Source: the human T2T-CHM13v2.0 reference genome, Homo sapiens
Length of the DNA stretch: 64,000 nt
Reading direction: 5' to 3' (one strand)
Assembly: GCF_009914755.1 (NCBI RefSeq)
Contig: NC_060947.1
Shown piece after piece: positions 57,628 through 64,000 of the stretch; position 1 is the first letter of the stretch; every line of letters begins with the position of its first letter. Both the position numbers and the translations under genes were made by a program. A model generated the notes under the pieces. It did not search any database, was not told where the DNA came from, and worked only from the letters and a program-made list of their open reading frames with translations.

Positions 57628-57900
57628 CGGATCACTTGAGGTTAGGAGTTCAGGACCAGCATAGTGGCTCATGCCTGTAATCTCAGCACTTTAGGAGGCT
57701 GAGGTGGGTTAATACAAAAATTAGTTGGGTGTGATGGTGCGGGCATGTAATCCCAGCTGCTTGGGAGGCTGAGGCAGGAGAATTGTTTCAACCAGGGAGG
57801 CAGAGGTTGCGGTGAGCTGAGATCGCACCACTGCACTCCAGCCAGGGTGACAAAGCAAGACTCCATCTCAAAAAAAAACAAAAACAGAAACAAAAAAACA
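57628..57900 (+). mobile_element. Rearranged AluS (left-arm segments out of order)
   Basis: ggatcacttgagg...gaccagc precedes gtggctcatgcctgtaatc...; then linker, right arm and tail. Confidence 0.85.
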
Positions 57901-60900
57901 GGAGTCACTCTTTTTTGCCTGCCACCATCCACGTAAGATGTGACTTGCTCCTTCTTGTCTTCTGCCATGACTGTGAGGCCTCCCCAGCCATGTGGAACTG
58001 TAAGTCTGATTAAACCTCTTTCTTTTGTAAATCAGGTATGTCTTTATCAGCAGCATGAAAACAGATGAATACAGTAAATTGGTACCAGTAGAGTGGGGTG
58101 CTGCTGAAAATATACCCAAAAATATGGAAGCGACTTTGGAACTGGGTAACAGGCAGAGGTTGGAACAACTTGGAGGCTCAGAAGGAAACAGAAAAATGTG
58201 GGAAGGTTTGGAACTTCCTAGAGACTTGTTGAATGGCTTTGCCCAAAATGCTGATAGTGATATGGACAATAAAGTCCAGGCTGAAGTGGTCTCAAATGGA
58301 GATGAGGAACTTGTTGGGAACTGGAGTAAAGGTGACTCTTGCTATGTTACAGTAAAGAGACTGGTGGCATTTTGCCCCTGCCCTAGAGATCTGTGGAACT
58401 TTAAACTATAGATAGACGATTTAGGGTATCCGGCAGAAGAAATTTCTAAGCAGTAAAGTACTCAAGAAGTGACTTGGGTGCAATTAAAGGCATTCAACTT
58501 TATAAGGAAAGCAGAGAATAAAAGTTTGGAAAACTTGCAGCCAAACAATGCGATAGAAAAGAAAATCCCATTTTCTGATGAGAAATTCAAGCCAGCTTCA
58601 GAAATTTGCATAAGTAACAAGGAGCAGAATGTTAATTACCAAGACAATGGGGGAAAATTTCTCCAGGGCATATTAGAGACCTTTGTGGCAGACCCTCCCA
58701 TCACAGGCCTGGCGGCCTAGGAGGAAAAAGTGATTTTGTGGACCTGGTCCAGCATTCCCATGCTCTGTGCAGCCTAGGCACTGAGTTCCAGCCACTCCAG
58801 CCATGGCTGAAAGGGGAAAATGTAGAGATTGGGCCATGGTTTCAAAGGGTACAAGCCTCAAGCCTTGGCAGCTTCCACATGGTATTGAGCCTCCAGGTGC
58901 ACAGAAGTCAAGAATTAGGTATGGGGAACCTCCACCTAGATTTCAGAAGATGTATGGAAATGCCTGAATGCCTAGGCAGAAGTTTGACGTAGGGGTGGGG
59001 TCCTCATGAAGGACCTCTGCTAGAGCAGTGCAGAGGGAAATGTGGGGTGAGAGCCACCACATAGAGTCCCTACTGGGCACTGCCTAGTGGAGCTGTGAGA
59101 AGAGGGCCACTGTCCTCCAGACCCCAGAATGGTAGATTCACTGACAGCTTGCATCATCCACCTGGAAAAGCCTGTGAAGGCAGCTAGGAGGGAGGCTACA
59201 CCCTGCAAAGCCACAGGGGTGTAGCTGCCCAAGAATATGGGAACCTACCTTTTGCATCAGTGTGACCTCGATGTGAGAAATAGAGTCAAAGGACATAATT
59301 TTGGAGCTTCAAGATTTGACTGCCCTGCTGGATTTTGGACTTGCATGGGGCCTGTAGCTCCTTCTTTTGGCCAATTTCTTCCATTTTGAATGAATATGTT
59401 TACCCAATGGCTGTACCCCCATTGTATGTAGGAAGTTACTAACTTGCTTTTGATTTTACAGGCTCATAGGCAGAAGGGACTTGCCTTGTTTCAGTTTTGA
59501 CTTTGAACTTTTGAGACTTTGGGGGACTGTTGGGAAGGCACAATTGGTTTTAAAATGTGAAGATATGAGATTTGGGAGGAGCCGGGGTGGAATGATATGG
59601 TTTGGCTCTGTGTCCCCATTCAAATCTCTTCTTGTAGCTCCCATAATTCCCATGTGTTGTGGGAGGGACCCAGTTGGAGATGATTGAATCATAGGGTTGG
59701 TCTTTCCTGTGCTGTTCTTGTGATAGTGAGTGGGTCTCAGGAGATCTGATGGTTTTAAAAATGGGAGTTTCTCTGCACAACCTCTCTCTTTGCCTGCTGC
59801 CATCCATGTAAGACGTGACTTGCTCTATCTTGCCTTCCACCATGATTGCAAGGGCTCCCCATCCATGTGGAACTGTAAGTCCAAGAAACCTCTTTCTCTT
59901 GTAAATTGCCCAGCCTAGGGTATTATAAGCAGTGTGAAAGTGGTATCTTTATAAGCAGTGTGAAAACGGACTAATACAGTATCTTTTACTTTCAAATATA
60001 TATTTTAATAGAGGGATAAAATATGTAAAGAAAATATTTTCTTGAGAATTGGTCTGTTTAAGTTAAAACTGCTTCAAACTTCTTACATATTCAGATATTA
60101 CAAAATTAACTGAATACATTACAGACATAATATGTTTTGTCAGGGTACATGATGTGAGAAATAGAGTATGAACACTTAATAAAGACTTTATCAAAATGTT
60201 ACCTATATCTATAGACAGATTTTATGATATTGATCACTTGGTCACAAATTGCTAGTTGTATTTCACACATTATAGATTTGGATCTTTTATTAAGTTACTT
60301 TTCCTTACTTTTCTTTTATATGAAAATCTTATCAATTACCTTTTCCTCACTATAGAACTTTCATCTGACCCTGCTACATATGACAGGAAAACTATTCTTT
60401 AGTTTGTCAATGTGGGGAGGGTGGTAGACTACTGTAAAAAAATAAGTCACATAAAATTAGTTACATAAAATTAAATGTTCCTTTCCCAACTTTCAAATGT
60501 ATTGTGTAATAAAACCTTCTCCATTTTTCTCTTAAGGTTTACTAGTGTTGGAAATGATAATTAGTAGATGATTTTTTAAATAATACAGAACATATTATGT
60601 GATGTGACAAGAATACCTTTTCAATTTTCCCCAGCCTCCTGTGGCATTCTAGCCATCATGACAGATAAACTATATGACCTTTGTAAAACACTTAACAAGC
60701 ACTCTCCTAAGTATGTCTGCTCCAGTGGCCCTTGGTTTTCTCACATTACTCACTCTTCTTGCCTAAAACATCGGTAATTTGGGCTGGAAAATGAACATTA
60801 TTTGTTATACCAAGTAGCCAAACACCCTTAAAGGAGTCTAAGAGTTGGAATAGGATGGAAGAGAGACAAAAAGAAGTGGATATGGAGGCTGCCTTATTAA

Positions 60901-60909
60901 ATAGGCTGG

Positions 60910-61510
60910 TGAAATCAGTATATCAAAGGGATATCTGCATTCCCATGTTTATTGCAGCACTATTCACAATAGCCAATATATGAAATCAACCTGTGTCCAT
61001 TAACAGATGAATGAGTAATAAAAATATAGTACATATACACAATGGAATATTATTCAGCTGTAAAAATGAATGAAACACTCTTATTTGCAGCAACATAGAT
61101 GGAACTAAGTGAAATAAGCCAAGCACAGAAAGACAAATACGGCATGTTCTCACTCATATGTGGGAGCTAAAAAAGTGGATTTCATGGAGGTAGAGAGTAG
61201 AAGGTTGTTACCAGAAGCTGGGAAAACATGAGGAAAGGAAGAGATAAAAAGAAACTGGCTAATGGGTACAAAAATACAGTTAAATAGAAGACATAAGTTA
61301 TAGTATTCAATAGTATAGTAGGAAAATTTTAGTTAACGACAATTTATTGTATATTTCTAAATAGCTGGAAGAACATAATTGTAATGTTCCCAACACAAAG
61401 AATAGATAAATGTTTGAAGTTACCCCGATTTGATCATTACATGTTGTATACAGTTGTTAAAATATCACATCTACTCCACAAATATGTACATCTATAATAT
61501 AGCAATAACT
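60910..61510 (+). mobile_element. L1MA-type 3' fragment
   Basis: gaaatcagtatatcaaagggatatctgca...gttaccccgatttgatcattacatgttgtata. Confidence 0.85.
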
Positions 61511-61537
61511 ATTATTTTTTTAAAAAAGAAGATAGTC

Positions 61538-61670
61538 TAGGCACAGTGGCTCCCACCTGTAATCTCAGAACTTCGGAAGGCCAAGTCAGGGGAGGATCAC
61601 TTGAGCCCAGGAGTTCAAGATCAGCCTGGGCAACATAGCGAGGCCCTGTTTCTAAAAAAAATAATAAAAA
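61538..61670 (+). mobile_element. FLAM_C / AluJ left monomer
   Basis: Single arm ggaggatcacttgagcccaggagttcaagatcagcctgggcaacatag followed by an A tail. Confidence 0.85.
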
Positions 61671-62551
61671 TTTTGACATTTCTCAAAATCCTTATGTTCA
61701 TCCAGGAAAAGTTTAGACTAAATCATATTTGATAATCAAGCCATAATTTTGTTTAGTTGACAGAGGCTGCTACTGTCAGATAAGGAACTAAATTCAAGTG
61801 ATTTTTATTTGGCTCCCACAGTGTTTAAAAAAAAATACGCATCTCTAGAATTGGCATATCTTTACATGGTGCATGTAAAATTCTTCAGCACTACCTAATG
61901 TTTTATAACCTGCCAGGTTCATTCTTTTTTGTTTTTTTTGTCTAAATCCTGAAAGCATTTGTCTTTCTTGCCTTGATTTACAACTTATGATTTGTGTTAT
62001 TTTTCTAGCCCCAGAATGTGATACTCCGGAACATAGAGGAAAAGGTATTAAATCTCTCCTCTGTGAGTATGCTTCCTTCAAAGGCCTCCCCCGTTAAGGG
62101 CTATTGAAACTTTGAAGTACTGTGGAGCACAATCTGAAAGCTTGTTTATGTTTCTTCTGCAGCTGGCTCACTGATCTCCGTGGACCCAATTTCCACCCTG
62201 TAATTAAGCATCTGGATACACTCTGAGTTGCATTACGGGAAATGCTGTTTTGAGAGTATCACATAGTTGAGCAACCACCCTCTGCTTCTCAAAGTGATAA
62301 AATGGTGATGAATTGCAAATGCCAGAGTGTTTGATGACCTTTCCAATGATTTTCTTGATTACTGTCCAAACATCCTTGTTACACATATGGCTTCTGTGAA
62401 TAGTAAACTATTATAGCAATTTAAATTATTTAAATTAGTATGTGCTCCATGTTTGTTTTTTACATTTTTGGTAATTCAACACTATTTTTCAAATAAATTT
62501 ACAATTGTCTTTTCAGAATCTATAGTTTAAACATTTTGTAAACACTTCACA

Positions 62552-63594
62552 GGTGACAAAATTCCACCTCCATTCTCTTACGGTCCCAGTTGCAACCAAG
62601 AATTAAATTGATATAACATATTTTAACAGGAAAAAAACATACAAACTTATTTAATACAAGTTTTATGCAGCACCGGAGCCCTCATTAAGAGATGACAACC
62701 CAACAAAACAATCAAACACTTACAAAAAGAATTGGACAAATAATAGTAAGTTGTGAAATGTGACAAAGCAAAGGAGCTTGGTCTAGAGTAGTTAATTGGA
62801 AAGATAACTGACTAGAAAGATAAGCATTAGTTCAACAGGTTTGTTTGTACAAAATTCTTTCAGTCTCAACTTCTCATTCTTGATAAGAATGTTATTCCTT
62901 GTGGTATTGGAGTACATCTCCCACATGGGAATTTCATGTCTTATATCTACCCAAAGGAAAATAAATCCCTTTATCAAAAAGATACCTGTAACCATATATT
63001 AATCACAGCATTATTTACAATGGCAAAGCCATGGAATCAACATAAGTGTCCATCACAGAAGATTTGATTAAAATTTTGTTATATGTACACAAAGGAACAC
63101 TATTGAGCCACAAAAAATGAAAAGATGTTATTTGCACTAAGATGAATGGAACTGGAGGCCATTATCTTAAGTGAAATAAGCCAGGCACAGAAAATCAAAT
63201 ATTGCATGTTATCACTTGTAAGTGGATGCTAAAAAATGTGTACACAAGGACATACAGAATGGAATGACAGACAACAAAGACTCAGAAAGGTGAGTGGGTA
63301 GGCAAGGGGTGGATGATGAAAAGTGACTTAATGGGTACAATGCACATTATTCAGTTGATGTATATGTAGCTTAAAGCCCTTACTTGACAACTAAACAATA
63401 TATCCATGTAACTAAGTTGCACTTCTAGCTCATAAATTTATACAAATAAAAATAATAAAGAAACAAAACAAAACAAGAAACAGAATACAGGTCTGAGTGA
63501 TCTTCTTGCCACTGCTGTGTTCTTTTAAGTTTCTTTGATTCAAAATAATATGACAGAGCCCCATATTTTGGGGTGCCATATTCTTAACTCCTTC
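62552..63594 (-). mobile_element. MER34-like ERV1 LTR split by an L1 fragment
   Basis: Minus strand begins tgaaggagttaagaatatggcaccccaaaatatg (MER34-type start); LTR-like sequence continues at 62552-62942. Confidence 0.65.
62943..63487 (+). mobile_element. 5'-truncated L1PB/L1MA 3' fragment
   Basis: tatctacccaaaggaaaataaatc...tatatccatgtaac...aaatttatacaaataaaa plus A-rich tail. Confidence 0.85.
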
Positions 63595-64000
63595 AACAAA
63601 AACCTTTATAAATAGTGAAATTATCATAATTAAATTTGCTACTAATAATGATGGTGTCTACAATGGTGATTGTAGCAGAATGGGAAATATACTTCTATCA
63701 CAACCTGACCAAGTAGCAGCTCTCTGTTATTTACAATTTGAACATGTCCAAACCATTACCATTTCTAGTCTGGTTTGTACTCTTGTAATGATGTATTAGC
63801 ACCTTCTTAAATACCATATTAAGTATGAAATCTCACTCTTGTTTAACAACATTATGTCAGGTTGTTCCAGAATTAGTATTTCTCAAGTTGTGTTCTATGG
63901 AATATTAGTTTCATTTGAATATGTTAAATGAAAATAGATGCTATAGAGAAAGCTTGCTTAGATGATCCAAGAAAAGATGAGAAATGTTACATATTTTGTA

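Noticed and set aside
59919-59968. Short duplication tataagcagtgtgaaa in the THE1A 3' LTR
   Set aside because: Trivial local slippage with no functional implication visible.

Overview
AT-rich, CpG-depleted primate (very likely human) genomic DNA, intergenic or deep-intronic. I found no credible protein-coding exon, RNA gene or CpG island; the ORFs in the track are decayed L1, Hsmar1, MaLR or Alu sequence, microsatellite, or chance. By my estimate about two-thirds of the window is nested transposon relics: two long minus-strand L1s, several truncated L1s, three two-LTR MaLR proviruses (MSTA, THE1C, THE1A), a small two-LTR ERV1, several solo LTRs, a near full-length Hsmar1 mariner and about 14 Alu/FLAM copies. 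I see no evidence of a new biological system. The most notable items are mechanistic fossils readable from the sequence: an L1 3' transduction with a perfect 15-bp target-site duplication (TSD), a twin-primed inverted L1, a THE1A with an internal duplication joined by a scrambled Alu, reiterated tRNA-His-like primer binding sites, a close inverted AluY pair and a perfect 61-bp tandem duplication. Repeat subfamily names come from recalled consensus sequences and need RepeatMasker/Dfam confirmation.
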